Origin: Enoplolaimus lenunculus
Lineage: Eukaryota
NCBI GenBank assembly: GCA_030248215.1
Contig: JASANG010003494.1
Location: 186,001 to 250,000 of the forward strand
DNA length: 64,000 nt
Direction of reading: 5' to 3'
Shown here: positions 13,464 to 28,607 of the stretch, in pieces
How the letters are laid out: every line of letters begins with the position of its first letter
Numbering within the stretch: position 1 is the stretch's first letter
Notes under the pieces: model-generated
The model's input: only the letters and a program-made list of their open reading frames with translations
Told to the model about the DNA's origin: nothing
Databases searched by the model: none
Translations under genes and position numbers: made by a program

Positions 13464-13693
13464 TTTACGTCCGCTTTTACAAAACGCCTGTTAATCTATA
13501 CGCAAATTCAACAATATATCAAGTATGCCTAAATTTGTATAACCTCAGGCTCCGATTTTGGCTGTGGTAAAATTAGTTGGCCATGATTACCAGTACTTTT
13601 CATCTATAGTTGCCTGCAAAACACAGATTGGATCAGTACCTGTAGGTATTGCACAATTTGCGTAGAAATATCACATGGCAAGTTTATAAGATA

Positions 13694-14036
13694 CAGGGTG
13701 CAACCGGGGATGAAAAATACCGGAACCGGAGGTGAGGCGAAATTTAGTAAAAAATCACGATTAATTAATTAATTTTAGACAATATCTGAAATATTTTGTT
13801 AAAGTTGTTAGGTTTCACGCTAATTTCCTGCGAAATTTCGGAAATTTTTTTCGTTAAAATTGTGACAAAACTAAAACGAAACGCGATAAACAGATAAAGT
13901 TTGCAAAATTATGCAAAATTTTTACTACCGAAATTGCCAGAACCTCCGGCAAAAATTCTACAGTAGCCGGAACCGGATCCGGAGGCCGATTTTCTGCAGA
14001 AGCCGGAACCGGAGACAGACCTCCGGTTGTACCCTG
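13694..14036. mobile_element. hAT-like MITE (CAGGGTGCAACCGG family)
   Basis: TIR CAGGGTGCAACCGG / CCGGTTGTACCCTG. TSD not preserved. Confidence 0.75.
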
Positions 14037-15250
14037 ATACTTATATATTAGAGATGTCCCGTAGCAAAGATTTCACTCGGAGTCGGAGCCGGAGCCGGGA
14101 CCCGGACCCCGGTAACAGGGCCGGGCCCATGCAAATACGCTAAACTTTAAATTTCATGTACCTTTTGCTTAAGCGTGTGCCTGACAGTGGCCCGGCGACC
14201 GACCCCGGGACATTATTAATTTTATACCAGATAAAACTTGCAGCTTTTTAAAATTCAAACTTTATTCAGTGCATTTCGACTGCATATTTTAAGGTTTATG
14301 CCCCAGGCCTGAGCCACAGATTACATGATTGCGCTATTTGGTGTTCGGTAACGACGGTAGACGGTAAGAAAATGCGGCGCCCACGAGCAGGGGCACAGAA
14401 AGTGGTCTATAAACGACAACGGCCACGTACCGGGGATTGCAGTAATAATGAAATGCACCTTGCAAGCGAAGTGAGCAATATGCCAAACTGCAATTTTAAC
14501 AATTTGTTAGGCAGGATAGGGAGGTTATACTTAAACTACAGACAACGTTACTAACTATTCCTCGTTCTATGGTAAATTAGTCGCAAGGGACTGCAAGCGA
14601 ATTTGTTTAAATCCCGTAAAAAGGTTTGACTCATGTATTGAACAGGGCCGGATCGTTTTCCGGACGTGCTATAATAGGGTGAGTTTAAGCTTTAGACTAG
14701 TTTCTTTGCTTAGGCTTAGGCTTAGGCTTAGGCTTAGGCATAGGAATAGGCTCATCCATACAGTTAGGCTTAGGCTTAGGCTTAGTAATATGCTTATACT
14801 ACAGTTCCGGCCCTTTCTATACATGGGCCTGAGATTTGGGACAATAGGAAGTAGTTGAACATTTTTTGCGAACTGAGAAACTATGCTCTGTACACCTATC
14901 ACCTGTTACTTGTTTAGCGATAGGTTTTTAAACTGACGAACTCCTGCAACTGCGGCCTCTCAATTGGAACAAAACTTGTTCAAATCAAATACTAAAAATT
15001 CGCTAAATTTTTATCCTCACCATTCACAATTTTACAAAATAATTATTTCAGTATAATCAGTTTACTACCATTGCTGATAGGTGCGCTATGTTAGCAGGAA
15101 CCCACAGCTGATTGGTTGGTTGAGCAGTGTCCGAGACTAGCCATTAGTGTAACTCGAGTAGTTGCTTTGTGATTGGTCATAATCTTGCTTTTATGCTTAT
15201 ATCAAGTGTTACATTTCTGTTACCAAGTTTTCATGATATGAATGTAAGTA

Positions 15251-15514
15251 CTGTAGTGACCCGAATAAGAGAGGGACTGATATTTATGTATTGGGCTTCT
15301 CCATAGGGTTCCCTGCTGTTATTCGGTTACGGATTGTTATTTATTTGTAACCAGCCCTTTGTTACTGATATCAAGCCGGTAATGGACTCCAATTACGGTT
15401 TAGGGACTCTATCCGCTTACGGACTCTTATTACGGATACGGACTCCCATTGATTGGGACTCAAAATGGGCATTCCCTCTTATTACCCTCTCTTATTCGGG
15501 TCGGGTCACTACAG
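15251..15514. mobile_element. Tc1/mariner-like MITE
   Basis: TA|CTGTAGTGACCCGAATAAGAGAGGG..CCCTCTCTTATTCGGGTC(GGGTC)ACTACAG|TA. A related end lies at about 9765-9788. Confidence 0.8.
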
Positions 15515-17373
15515 TAGTTGGTATTATTTAATTTGGTTCTATTTGAGCCACCTGTAAAAAAACTTTTTATCTGTCTTTATAAAGCCAGCCATAAAAACTG
15601 ACGAAATTAGTTTCGACTTTGGACCATTAAACTGAGTAAAAGTGTGTAATTTTAAGGTCCAGGGATTATAGAACGATTCCGCCAAACGACTCCTGTAAAA
15701 AACCATTTCGAAAACTCACGTTTGCAACCCGCCATAATTTTAATGGCCAATGTTACTTTAAGGGACGTAACAGTAGATTATGCGAGTTCCTATTCCTAAG
15801 CCTAAGCGTAAGCGTTGCAAGAATGTGATGCTAAGCCTAAGCGTAAGCCTAAGCCAAATAATGTAATTAAAATCTAAACTTACTGGTTTATAAGCTCATC
15901 AGAAACCTGGACGCCCCTTTAAGTAACATGGGCAGTTTTAATACAGCGCTATTGCTTATACCAGTACGAATGTGTTGGGTTTATGCGAACCGTTTGGCTC
16001 CACACCGTCACTGTTGTGGCCAATTGTTTGGTGCTCAAGACCAAACAGAAATTTCACGATACGCCCACCAGTCGTCTAACCAGCAATCGATCCTTATGTC
16101 TAAACCTAAGCCTAAGCCAAGCCTAAATCAGAATGATATGAGTGAAACTAAAAGTTCTAACCTTCAAAATATTAACCAAAAGCGATCACAAGATTTGGTT
16201 CTCTTGAACAATCTCCGTCCTAAAATTTCCCTGACGGGCAATCTTCCCCCGGAATTTTCGTCATGGTCACGTACAATCTGTCCCCAAACCCCCTCCCACG
16301 GACAATCTCCCCAAATCCGTCTCACGAACAATTTCTCTCCCCCCAGAGTTTTGCTCTCATTGACAACCCCGCAAGCTGTGCCAAGATATCACTTCGGCAG
16401 AGTATAACCTCAAGTAAAGTTAAATTTTTTTGACCACTATGATCTAGCAGGTCATTCGAAAGCATGTCAAAACTGGTGTTCTATTTTTAAGCAGTCTCGA
16501 GGGACGCCCCTGCTGTCGGCTTGTCACCCCACCTGTTTCGGCTACCGCTTCCGCACACTTTCACAGGCTTATGCACTTTTGCCGACACCATTTTTAAAAC
16601 ATTCCTTAATGAACAACGCAAGTTTCAGCGAAAAATGTCCACTAGAAAAATCAATTTCCATTTCAGAACCACGGTAAACTCTGTAATGTTTTTCAATTTC
16701 AATTTGCTATCAAAAGACTGTTTAGTTTTGGGGTACTTTGTAGCAGCTGCGGTGTAGTTTCTTTCTTTCTCAACCACTGCGGTGTGTGTGTGTGTGAAAT
16801 ATTGCTGTTTAGAAATCGCACAAATTGCACTTTTATGCAAACAACGCACGCATGCTGCAATTATGAAAATTGCAATGAAAAGCATTTCACAGCTTTGTGT
16901 TCTTACGATTTGCTTGTAGAACAGTAGAAATTTATTAGACGCTGAGAAATATGCTTCGCAAACGAACTAATTTGTCTTTTGAGAAGTTTTAAGTTCCTAT
17001 TATATTTATGGTTAAAGGTTAGGCTTGGGTTCTATCAAAGGCTTAGGCAAAGGATTGACATTTTTATAAACGTTTTAAGATTCTAAGTCTAACCCAAATG
17101 CTACCCAGAGCGAACTCAGAGATGACTTTGAACCACAACTAGCAGTCGTGCTAAACTGGTTCGTATGGGCTACGCGATCCGCAAAATACTGCAAAATATT
17201 AAATTTTGGTAACAAATTTTGGCCCATGTTAAGAAGCACACTCACTGGCAGACAGGACGCGACTGGGACACTTGAAGACTGGCTAACTCAGGCTTAGTCT
17301 TAGGCTTAGTATTAGGCTTAGGTTTATGCTTACGCCTTTAGTAAGCAGGCACCTCGTAAAAGTTACAGATTAA

Positions 17374-17567
17374 GGCCAATGTATAGAAGAACATGAGCGG
17401 AGCAGTAGTACAAGCATATGCCTAAGCCCAAAGCCTAAGCATAAGAATGAGCTTATACCTAAGCCTATTAAACATAAGTCTACGCCAAAAAAATTAGTCT
17501 AATGCTTAAAGGTTACTCTATGTCAGTCCCACGAAATTACGTTCCGCCTTTGATCTTAACACGGGCC
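17374..17567. mobile_element. TTAGGC-containing MITE family A (Merlin-like), representative copy
   Basis: GGCCAATGT..ACACGGGCC termini, perfect 8-bp TSD CAGATTAA. Other full or partial copies near 10004, 14630, 19482, 19700, 21926, 32028, 48224, 48979, 52432 and 57131. Confidence 0.85.
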
Positions 17568-17691
17568 CAGATTAAGTATATGCAAAATAAGCCACGTTTA
17601 CATCGAATTCACGTTGACACCAAGTATAATATCCTTTCGATCTTTAATCCTTTTATAACACTCGCTTACAACAAATTTGACAAACGAATTT

Positions 17692-18290
17692 CAACACATT
17701 TTCGGCTTAGTTTTGAAACCAAATATTACATCTTTAAACCAAAAAAAAATTCTGGATCTGATAATTTTGTAGGTTCCGTTTTACGATTGCAAAATATTTA
17801 ATTTTGACAAAATTTGAACATATTTTCGGTTTAGTTTTGAAACCAAATATTATATCTTTAAACCAAAAAAATTCTGGATCTGATAATATTGTAGGTTCCG
17901 TTTTACGATTGCAAAATATTTAATTTTGACAAAATTTGAACATATTTTCGGTTTAGTTTTGAAACCAAATATTATATCTTTAAACCAAAAAAATTCTGGA
18001 TCTGATAATTTTGTAGGTTCCGTCTTACGATTGCAAAATATTTAATTTTGACAAAATTTCAACATATTTTCGGCTTATTTTTGAAACCAAATATTACATC
18101 TTTAAACCAAAAAAAATTCTGGACCTGATAATTTTGTAGGTTCCGTCTTACGATTGCAAAATATTTAATTTTGACAAAATTTTCAACATATTTTCGGCTT
18201 AGTTTTGAAACCAGATACATCCATAAACCAAAAATTTCTGGATCTGATAATTTTCTAGGTTCTGTTTTACGGTGCAAAATATTCAATTTT
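17692..18290. repeat. Tandem repeat, 122-124 bp x about 5
   Basis: Unit starts recur at about 17692, 17816, 17938, 18060 and 18184. Confidence 0.95.
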
Positions 18291-21200
18291 AACTTCTTCA
18301 TCGATTCGACGACTCTGTTTAATCGCTCTTAAAATCTGTCGCGTGCGTTTTGAACCAATCTTGAAAGTTCCACCCAGAAACTTATCGCTGCCGTGCTGTT
18401 TATCGGTTGACTTTCGTCGTTTATAGTAGTCTAAAGATTACCACTTTGACCCACCCCCGAAGATGTAGCGTATCTAGAAATTTGAACTGGGGGAGACCGA
18501 ATCTGCCAAACCCACGGCCGGCTATCAAATTAGCGTTTGCTCATTGTTCAGCTGATTAATTCGACACACAATGCGTGTATCGACAAAGGAATTTGAATTC
18601 TGTCGCGTTCTCACACCCCTGCACCGTCTGCCCAGACCCTAGCGGTCAGAAACCTACACTGCAAGATTTGATCAGGGCCAAGCAAGTATAATGGTATTAT
18701 ATCTAAAGACGAACTGATACCACACAGCTTTTAGACCAAAGAAAACTTTTAGCGTTCCGTCCGCAACCATGTTTGGCGTTTGCTGTTTAATCCCTCTTGC
18801 CCGCAAAGCTATGGGCCCGTAGCCAGCGGGGCATGGCAGGGCTCGGCACCGCTGAAAACATTTTGACCATCTCTAGAAAATTGTCAACCTTTGTTGTACG
18901 TTAACGAAAACCCTTGTATGTCCCTCACTGAATAATTTTTATCTCCCCCCTAGAAAGGTGAGCTGGCTACTAGTGTGCTAAGCTAAAATAGTTGACACCG
19001 CGAGAAACATGAGATGACTTTATTTTATAAATGCTCACCAAACGACTTTCTAAAATATTTCCAACTAAACCTATTCTCAGTCACGAGCCGTAGGGGGCTT
19101 AGGGTGCCCGAACCCCCTCTTATTAAAATATCGTTACGACGTCTTGAAATAGTTATACCATATTTACATAAAATCTGAAAGATTGAAAATTTTTAAGTCT
19201 TAATCGAAAATCAACCTCTGGTTCTGGTTCAATTTGTTCTGCTGGTGCCGTTTAAAATATTTGGTTCGGTTCTCTGGTTCAGGCTTTCTATGATCAAAAA
19301 CTTGATGCGCGTTGCTTAAATTGTTGTTGTTGTTGTTGTTGTTGTTGGATTTAGGAACCATAATTCTTTAATAAATCGGTGTGTTTTTGAATGGTTTTGC
19401 CTAGTTTTGGCTATAAACCCAAAAACACAGTTGAAGAATATTTTATTTCGAGTTCGGCTAAATTGAAATGTTTGGAAATACGGCCCATAGAACAGAGTCT
19501 GTTCGTTTTCCGATGGGGCTGTAATAGAGTAAGTGTAAGCTTTTGACTAACTTCTTTTGCTTAGGCTTAGGCATAGGCTTAGGCTTACGAATAGGCTCAT
19601 CCTTACTCTTAGGCTTACGCTTAATAATATGCTTATACTACTGTTCCGGTCCTGTTCTCTACTTTGGCCGAAAATACTGTTAAAGTATATAAATATAGGA
19701 GCCAATGTATTGAACAGGGCCATAACAGTAGTATGAGCATTTTCCAAAATCTAAGCCAAATCCAAAACCAAAGCGCGAGAATGAGGTCATACCTATGCCT
19801 AAACCTAAGTAGAAAACCTTACTCTATTGCAGTCCCCCAGAAAAACGTTCCGCCCACCCAACCTAAACAAGTTTATTAACAAAAATTTTGAAAAATATTT
19901 TAATCATCGCACAATGACCCCACATCGGAATCTTCTGCTCCGCTACTGGCCCTTAATTTGCAGTGGTAGCTGCCCCCCAATACACACAAATTGAGTAACT
20001 AAGTTTCGTTTGACAACATTTCGTTTTCTTGTTATTTGTTTAGTATAGTGAGCATTAAGATACAATATACTTAAAGTTAAGAAAGGAATAAAAATACAAT
20101 AACAGCAGACGCCATAAACTTAATTCCAGACCGAGATCTTATTTCGACTAATATTTTACCTAAATTCGGTTTAAATAATAAAAACCATTAGCTAACAAAA
20201 TCAGCTAATCTGAATATGTTTGCTATAAGACTGTCTATCTGGCTCCGGACAGGGCTAGCGTTAGTACAGCGGCCTCCTTCGAAACAGGTTTGAGGGAAGT
20301 CACTAAAATGTTTCGCAGACCTATAACTTCGTAGTCCGCAGGCCCTTAGCCAGCTCACATTGCTAAGGGGGCTAAAAAATTTTAGAAGGGTCACTGAAGG
20401 GTTTTCAATGAGTTACAAGCAAGGTTGAAAATTCTCTATGGGGCAAAAACATTTCCAGAGGGATGAACACCACCTTGCCGCCCCCATTGGCTACAAGCTC
20501 GTTGGTTCGCGAAAAAAGTTTCTTATTCCAAGACGGGCCCACAGAAGTCGGGGCCCCACCCTATCGAGTGGTTTTGTCGGCGCTTCCGCCGGCACTGGCT
20601 CCTGAGATTTATTTATAGCAAATAGACAATTTCACAACTGATCTGATAATCTGAATAGTTGCTACGAACACTGGATCGACTTGAAAAGTCAAGTACAGTT
20701 TTACTCTCAGATTGCGACACAGAGGGGATTTGCCGCTCAAACATACTTGAATATTTCAAACAGTGGCATTGAAATTAGAACTGTATATTACTTAAGAATA
20801 GGTTGTAAACCGATGAATGAAATATTAGTTCAACTCGCGGTAATTACCGGATTTTAGTCACTGTATGTCACACGGTAGGAGTATGTTTGGCTGTTGTTGA
20901 GTTATATGTCGGGGGTGAACAATCTTCAACTTTCCGGCTACAAACATTTTACAGTTAGACTGTGTTTCTTAGCCAATGTATAGAACAGGTGCGGAACAGT
21001 AGTACTAGCAGATCCCTGAATCTAAACCTAAAAACGTAAGAATGAGCTGATTCATCACGGTGTACCCGGCTGTCCGGCTCCGGCAATAAGTTGGTATCCG
21101 GTTCGGGTATTTTTTCTTGCCGGATATTTGGTTAAAAATTTAAAAAAATGTAACTGGTTGACTTAGATTGTATTGCAGTTAGGACTTTTTTGCAACTAAA

Positions 21201-23031
21201 AATTTGTTGAAGGTAAATGAACTTGTAGGATAATAAATACGGCCAGTCAAACGTTCAGTTTCGTACCTTGCTTGTTCATTTTTTGCTGGGTTCACGTTAT
21301 AAATGAGGCAACTCGGGTCACGCTTTGTCACATTCTATATATTGGGTAACATTTTGTCTACGATGTTATCGAATATCCCAAAAACAGTAGTTGTTTGCTA
21401 ATGGTTCACTAACCTAGAAAACAACTATAATGGAATACGACATTAAATAAAATCAACGAATTAACTATCCGGTTCCGGCCGGTAATGAAACGCAGGAAAA
21501 TTGAAATTTTCTAAACGAGGTCCATGTTATGAATTGCCAGTATTTCTCCGTTGCGCTAACATCCGATGGCTTTTAAGCATTTTTTACGGACAAATTTTCC
21601 CCGTCTAACTGGAATTCGTTGGTACGGGGGAATTTTGTCTATTATAATGGGCATTGTTCACGAATAAAGACGACTGTTGCGCTTCAAATCATTTTACTCT
21701 AATCGCAAGGCGTTGCAATTGTTGTAAAAAATATTGAACTATCAAAATTTTGAACGGATTGAACCGTATACCTAGCGTTGACTATACAACTAGAACGTGG
21801 GTGTCATAACCCGGTAGATAGCTTAATCTATTACGAAAGAATCGAAACTTAACACGAAGATATGCAAACATTTCGTGCAAACTACTAGTGAGTCTAAAAC
21901 TTTTCATAAAATCCATAAATTTTTTGGCCCATGTAAGGATCAGGGGCGTAGGGTTTTTCTGTGGGACTCTAAAATAGAGTAAGCTTAAGCTTTGACCAAT
22001 TTTTTTTGCTCGGCTTAGACTCAGGAATATTCTCATTCTTTAGGTTTCGGGTTAGGCTTAGGAATATGCTTAAAATACTATTCCGTTCGTGTTCTTTTTA
22101 CATTGGCCAAATTTTTGATGAGCAGAAAGATACTAAGCCATCTGCCTATTTCTTCCTGATTGGCCACCGACCTTGAGGTTCATATTTCCATTGAATCAAC
22201 CGTTCTTACCTACTCCTGCGACATCACAACCACAAAATAGCCAATCAGATTGTGAAACTATGTAATCGACTGTAGAATTTTATTTAGAAACAATTTTGTT
22301 GAAATTTGTGTTTCTAAATTTCTTCACAGACCACAATCTATTTCTATAGTTTTCGTTTTGCGGCGTTATAAACGTTTTAGGGTACACAGTGCACACGACT
22401 GTATTTATGTTTGTGATAATTAGTTCTTCGTTACATTTTAGTTTCATGCTGACAGGCCGAGTGAATAATATCAGTCAATCATTTTGCAGTTAGTAATGTC
22501 TCGATGTATCTCTGTATCAAAATGTGAACTACTTGAGAATTGTCGGTCCATTTAAAGAACAGAGGCGGAACAGTATCATAAACATATGCCTAAGTCTAAG
22601 CCTAAGCCTAAAGCGTAAAAATGAACATATATGTGCAAAATGTTTGAATTTTGGTTTTTAACCTCGCCATATTTTTCACCTATATCCGTTTTCTGGATCC
22701 GCCACTAGGCATCAAATTGAAAAGCACGTCTTAAGCCTAAGCCTAAGGATCAAATTAGTCCAAAAACCTAATCCTATTCTAAAGCTGTCCTTCAAAAAAT
22801 ACGGGACACCCGAAAAAGTAACATTGGACCTGCAACTGTATGCTTGCATAGTTACTTTCTGGGTTAAATCTGAATTTTCAATTATTCAACGCTGTTTCCT
22901 CCAGCTTTTAAATAGAAATGCTAGTAAAATTTGAGTTGAACGTGAGATTAAGAACTTGAACTTAAGTTGAAAACCGTGTTTAACAACGAATTGCAGCGGA
23001 AGTAAGATATTTGCATATCTGTCGGTTTAAG

Positions 23032-23366
23032 CAAGAGTGGATGATCACTCTAACAAGAGTGTGCAACTACCGAAACTTGTGTGGTACAAAATGTACCATC
23101 GGGCGTCGCATTTTTGACCGACCCCCCTTATTTAGAGGGGGGTAGGTGATGTTTGAAATGTAGAATGCGCATGTTTTTAAAATTATAAACGGAGTTAGCT
23201 TAAAACTGCAATATTTCAACATGTAATATTGGAAAAATCGTCAAACTTGACCCCCCCTTAAATTAGGGTGGGGGCAGACCACTAACGCAACGCGTGCCGG
23301 TTACATTGTTTTGTACACAGAATGTACCCAGTTGCACACTCTTGTTATAGTGATCATCCACGCTTG
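23032..23366. mobile_element. P-like MITE
   Basis: TIR CAAGAGTGGATGATCACT, near-TSD GTTTAAG/GTTTTAG. Second copy at 47518-47862. Confidence 0.75.
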
Positions 23367-26267
23367 GTTTTAGTAATTATGGAAATAACTGTGAATACGA
23401 AGAATACTGTTTACACTATGACTTTCTGGTATCAAGAGTGGATAATGCAAACCTCGACAAAACATGTAACTATACTTATTTTACGTAGAAAAGAATGTAC
23501 CCGGCACGCGTTGCGTTTTACTGATAGTAAACACAATGAAAACATGAACTGTTTATATGGTTAAACTTACGAATATTTCTTTCACTTCTCACAACACTGT
23601 TGCCTGTTGGCCCATGTTACTTTAAGAGGTGTCCAGGTTTCTGGTGGATCTATAAAAGAGTAGGTTCAGATTCTAGATTTGCATGCTTCTGCTTAGGCTT
23701 AGGCTTATGCGTAGGAACGCATTTTTGCAACGCTTAGGCTTAGGAATACGCTTAATCTACTGTTACGCCCCTTAAAGTATGACATTGGCCACACTGCTAA
23801 TAGCTTCAAAAGAACAATTTGCGTCATAAAACTACCAGCACAAGACTGGCGAGATGAAACGTGCAATCCGTGAGAATCCGCAATCGAATCAATCCAAGCA
23901 TTCATGACTTTACAGACATCACAAATTCATTTCAAAGTATCCTTTTGAAAACTCAATATTCATGTGCGAATTTTGACCAATATTTTCAATTTGCTCATTA
24001 AATCGTCTTTATTCATCTCGCCATGCGGTCTTCGCCTCTCAAAGGCACGGGCCGAACAAGCGACCCACTGCCTTTAATTATTGTCTGGTTGAGAGGTTTC
24101 ATAAACGTTTTTGCGTTTACACCGCACTTGACTAGGATAATAGACGACAAATTGTAGGGATAACGTTAGCCCTCTTGCTGGGAATGGAAATGATATATTA
24201 CATATGTGAAATTAAGTCAAAATAACGCAAGGCAAGAAGTTTATTTGGATCGAACGCACAAAGAAATATATTAACATATATACTCGCAATGTAATAATAC
24301 GTTAGCAGAATCTTATATGGTGATTTGCTTAAATTTTCATGGATTTGAGCCACTTGGAATTTCCTGGGAGTCATCCTTTAAATTTTTTTTGATTTCGTAC
24401 AAAATATGGGAATTTTATGGACAATCTTAACGCAGTACACTCAGTTTTACGGGGGAATAGTCGATACACAGGTAAATTGCGATGAATTGATCAATCAACT
24501 CAGAAAAAGAATAAGTCATTTTTTGGTCAGTTCTGACTTTACTAACTCACTCCGAGCGGATTTAATTGTAGGTTAGTTGATTAATTAACTCAGAATGAGC
24601 TCAATCAAATCAGAGTTTTGAGTTCTTAAAGGCCTAATTCAGACCTCTGAGTAGATTCAACTCATTTTGAGTTAAAATCAACTCACTGAAATTTACCGTG
24701 TGACAGAAATTTCGGCGTTAGTTAGATTGTTTATGAGAAGTACTTTGAGGGGAAGATTGTAAATAAAATCGAATTACTCGAGTAAGTCATGCTAAGCCGG
24801 TTTCGAAAACATTTTTCAAAATCTGTTGACGTGCCGAACTGTGGAAACTTCCTGAGTAAAAAAAGATTTAGATTTATAGGTTGGGTCCAAAACACTTAAA
24901 AGTTGTCTTTTAAATTTCGAACCTGTTAAACCAATTATAATGGCACATTTTAGCGGTTTATATGCGGTTCACTGGAGGATTGAAGGATGGAAATTCAGGT
25001 AGGGGCGTTCTAAGAGGACTTAAAACGATTTGTATTAAGATTTAGCACTAAAATTGCATTTGACTTCAAGCCGCTTCATCGGGTTGGTTTTGGTTTGTAT
25101 TTCGCTTATCGCGTGACTCCCAGTGAGACATCTTTAGATCCGTCATTGATGCTTTTTAAAACGACGGATTGAGCAGGACGGTTTAGCTGTTGAAAGTTAT
25201 AAGAGTACGATATCCGTATTTTTAGTTTTCGTTAAACAGAGCGTTGTTATGTTGTCAGACACATTATAAGGCCGGGAGCGTAGTCAGAGAGTTTCAGGAT
25301 TTGCTCAGGTTTCCTCAAAAATTTTGACTCCGGCTAGAATATTTTCAACCTTGCTTGCGAAGTCATCGAAAACCATTGTGCACCCATCCTGAGAAATTTT
25401 TAGTCTCCTGGCAAGGTGAACTGGCTACGGGCTTGATTCGGGCAACATAACGTGTCCTAATTCTGGTACTGCGTTAACTTAGAATTGCTTAGCCTTATCG
25501 GTTAGCAAACTTGGGAGACACTCTCTAGCACGCAAGCATCACTGAAATGCTGTAAATTTTTTGTTATATACCTGCTATTTTCGTTAACCATTTGAGAGGC
25601 CGTCCAACTTGCAATGTAGCCGTAACGTAGCGCCCTAGAGCAAAGGCGGCGAATCAAAACGCGATTAACTTAGAAGCGTTTTCCCAGTCGTTTTGCCAAT
25701 TTTTTCGTCAATTTCAGCTCACAGAAATTTATTCTTGTTATCGAAAAAGCCCAAATCTTCCACTGCCCTAAACAAACAAATACTTCCGCAACAACATACT
25801 TTTCGCTTCCAATCTCTTTCAACTCGACGAATAAAATTTCAACAGACAGCAGGTGATAAGCGGATACTACTTGACGAATTAGTTACAAACGATTTGAACT
25901 GGAATTGAAATTGGTTTTGAATTTTAATATCGGTTCGTTTCAATGAAACGTTCAACGTTGAGTTCAGTTCTTGACTTTTCGGAAACATGATAATTTTGAA
26001 ATTGTCGCATGGTTTAATTTTACGTTTTAATTGAGATTTGTGTGACTTTTGTGCTGGTGGCTTATAGATACAGGATTTGGGTTAAGGTTCCGTTGCGGAA
26101 ATAAAAAAAATGTTTTTAGGCATAAAAGTGGTAATTATTTTGATGACATCTATATGATTAAAGCTGGAATACCCCACATACGTATTTTGGACACGTGTCC
26201 AGTTTACTTTGTAATACAGTTTCATTGCACAAAGACGTAATTTTTTCTATAGTTAAAAAATTGCATA

Positions 26268-26488
26268 CACTGCAAAAAATGATGAGTCAAATTTACTCTC
26301 TCCGAAGTAGGCTTTTCGTGACAACACAAACTGAGTCGAATTCGACTCTGCCAGAGTCAAATTCGACTCACTGAACGAACTCGGGTGAGTCGAATTTGAC
26401 CCTGGTTGATTCGAATTTGGCTCAGTTTGTGTACTCCGGACAAGCCTACTTCGGAGAGAGTCAATTTGACTGACCATTTATTGCAGTG
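26268..26488. mobile_element. CMC-like MITE with GAGTC/GACTC repeats
   Basis: TA|CACTGCAA..TTGCAGTG|TA. A related copy lies at about 56200-56370. Confidence 0.78.
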
Positions 26489-27048
26489 TACAGATTATTA
26501 TGCATTCGCTAAACACTTTTGCACATTGCGCAAAACAGGACTGGTAATAAGATTGGATGATAGTGGAAACTTTGAAAACTGTTCATGCGTTTGTTTTATT
26601 TTCAAGAAAAGTTGTGTTTGACTTTAGCTGGCGGTTTCAGATACACAATCTCTTTGAAATTGCGCTGTTGAAATATCCGAAAATTAGTCAAGTTTGAGGA
26701 GCAGTTTAAATATACGTAGGGCATGTCGTCTTGCTAGCTTTACTTTTATTTGGGTGTATTCCACACATCATTCAATGATTATGACAACTTGGCTTTATCG
26801 CTTGTACTAAATGTATATTTTACCTCGTACTGTCGATCCAAATAAACTTCTCGTTTTTTGTCTTGTCTTGTAATACCCGAAGTTACAGACCGAAGCCTGA
26901 TCTGACCTGTTGAGCTGTCTGACGATGCCAGTAATAAACACTTACTTACTTACTTACTTTGATTTTCGTACAGTTGTGTTTTCTGGAATCACTGATTGAC
27001 AACCATGAGACGACCAACGTTTAACATACAACATGAGTGATATCGGTA

Positions 27049-27300
27049 CACTGTAAATTCCAATGAGTTGATTACTCAATTCAGCTAGCGAGTTGGTTAA
27101 TTCTGAATTCATTTCAGTAAACATTAACTCACTCTGAGTTGAGTTGATTGGTACTCTGAGTTGAATCGACGCAGGGTGAGTTGGTTAATTAACTCAGAAT
27201 GAATTGAATCAACTCAAATTCCGTAGTTCTGATAGTCCTAACGCAGACTGAGTGATTCAACTCATTCTGAGTTAAAATCAACTCACTGAAATTTACAGTG
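27049..27300. mobile_element. CMC/EnSpm-Mirage-like MITE with GAGTT repeats
   Basis: CACTGTAAAT..ATTTACAGTG, 2-bp TSD TA. Sister copies at 57546-57797 (TSD CA) and 24467-24700, partial copy at about 30520-30720. Confidence 0.8.
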
Positions 27301-28607
27301 TATCAGTATTGCACCCTAAAATCAGAGATTTGTTTTATGCTACACTGATAAACGTATGGTTTTTTGTGGACTGGAACGTCACCATGACGTCATTCTAGGA
27401 GCGGATCACCACGTCTCGGTTTTGCACCAGCGACAGTGTAGCGAGCGAGAAAATTTTCTGTCGTCTGCCGATTATACTACGGACTGTAAAAGTTTCGTTT
27501 TCGAGGTTTTCCACAAATTTTAGGTGATATTCTTTTCCTATCCTGATGTGGTTTGCGGATTTGGTTTCGGAACACGTTTAGGCTTTTATATCGGACGTTT
27601 TGTAATATTAGTGTGGGTCAATGTTACTTTAAGGCGTGCAACAGTAAATTATGCGTGTTCCTAAGCCTAATCCTAAACCCAAGCTAAAAATGTAATCTAG
27701 AATCTAAACCTACACTTTTATAGACCAACCAGCGACCTGGACGCTTCTTAAAGTAACATGGGCCATAATTGTGGATGATTTAATGTTAAAAGATGCTTAA
27801 TCAAACGGTGACGGTCAGGTGTGACGTTTGCTGATGATTTAAGATGCTGAAACAGTTTCAGTTCCGTCGTTGAGCAAAGGCAATTTTCTCTGCTGCTTAA
27901 GCTCCAGGGCAGATAATTTTTAAAATTTGTAGTTTAGGCTTATAGTTGTAAGTAAAAATTTCAAGTTGTTCAAGCAGTGCCATATAGAGTTCTTTACGAA
28001 AATTAGATGCGGTGGGGCTAGAGATTTTTAATTCACGAGCGGATCCAGGGGGGGGGGACGGCCGCCCCTTCTTTAGAAAATGTTTTGTCATAATATGGTA
28101 ACGTCGTATCTTACAATTTTTTCCAACATTTTCACATATTTGGCATACAGTAAAAAAATTGCGTTTTATTACTTTTGCCAGCCCGGTTAACTGTCTGAAA
28201 TTTCTGTATTAGCCGCTGCTTTAATTGTATATTTAGTGTTCAGGTTAATTTTGGTTTTCAGGTTTCAAAGTACATGATTTTTAAAATTGGGTTAGGCTTA
28301 AGGTTGTACGATTCAAAATCCTAAATGGTGGTTAAGCTAAGGAAGATTATAATTTGGTTTCAGTTTCGCTGCTGAACCGATGCGATTGGTTTTACTACAG
28401 GAAGAACGGCCCGTAGGCAGCTCACCTTGCTGGAATGGGCTAAAATGTTTTAGTAGCGGCAAACAAGAGTTTTCTTTGACTTAGAGCAAAGTTGAAATTT
28501 TTCTAGTGGGGGCCAAGATTTTCCAAGGGTGGTCGCTGGGCCGCCTACCCACCATGTAGGTTTTTGAAAACATTGCAGATAATTGGCTGTTGGGCTGAAT
28601 TAGTTAT

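Noticed and set aside
15928..16407. 159-aa ORF
   Set aside because: It starts within a MITE end, is built from GCCTAA and GACAAT repeat remnants, and has no domain or splice support.
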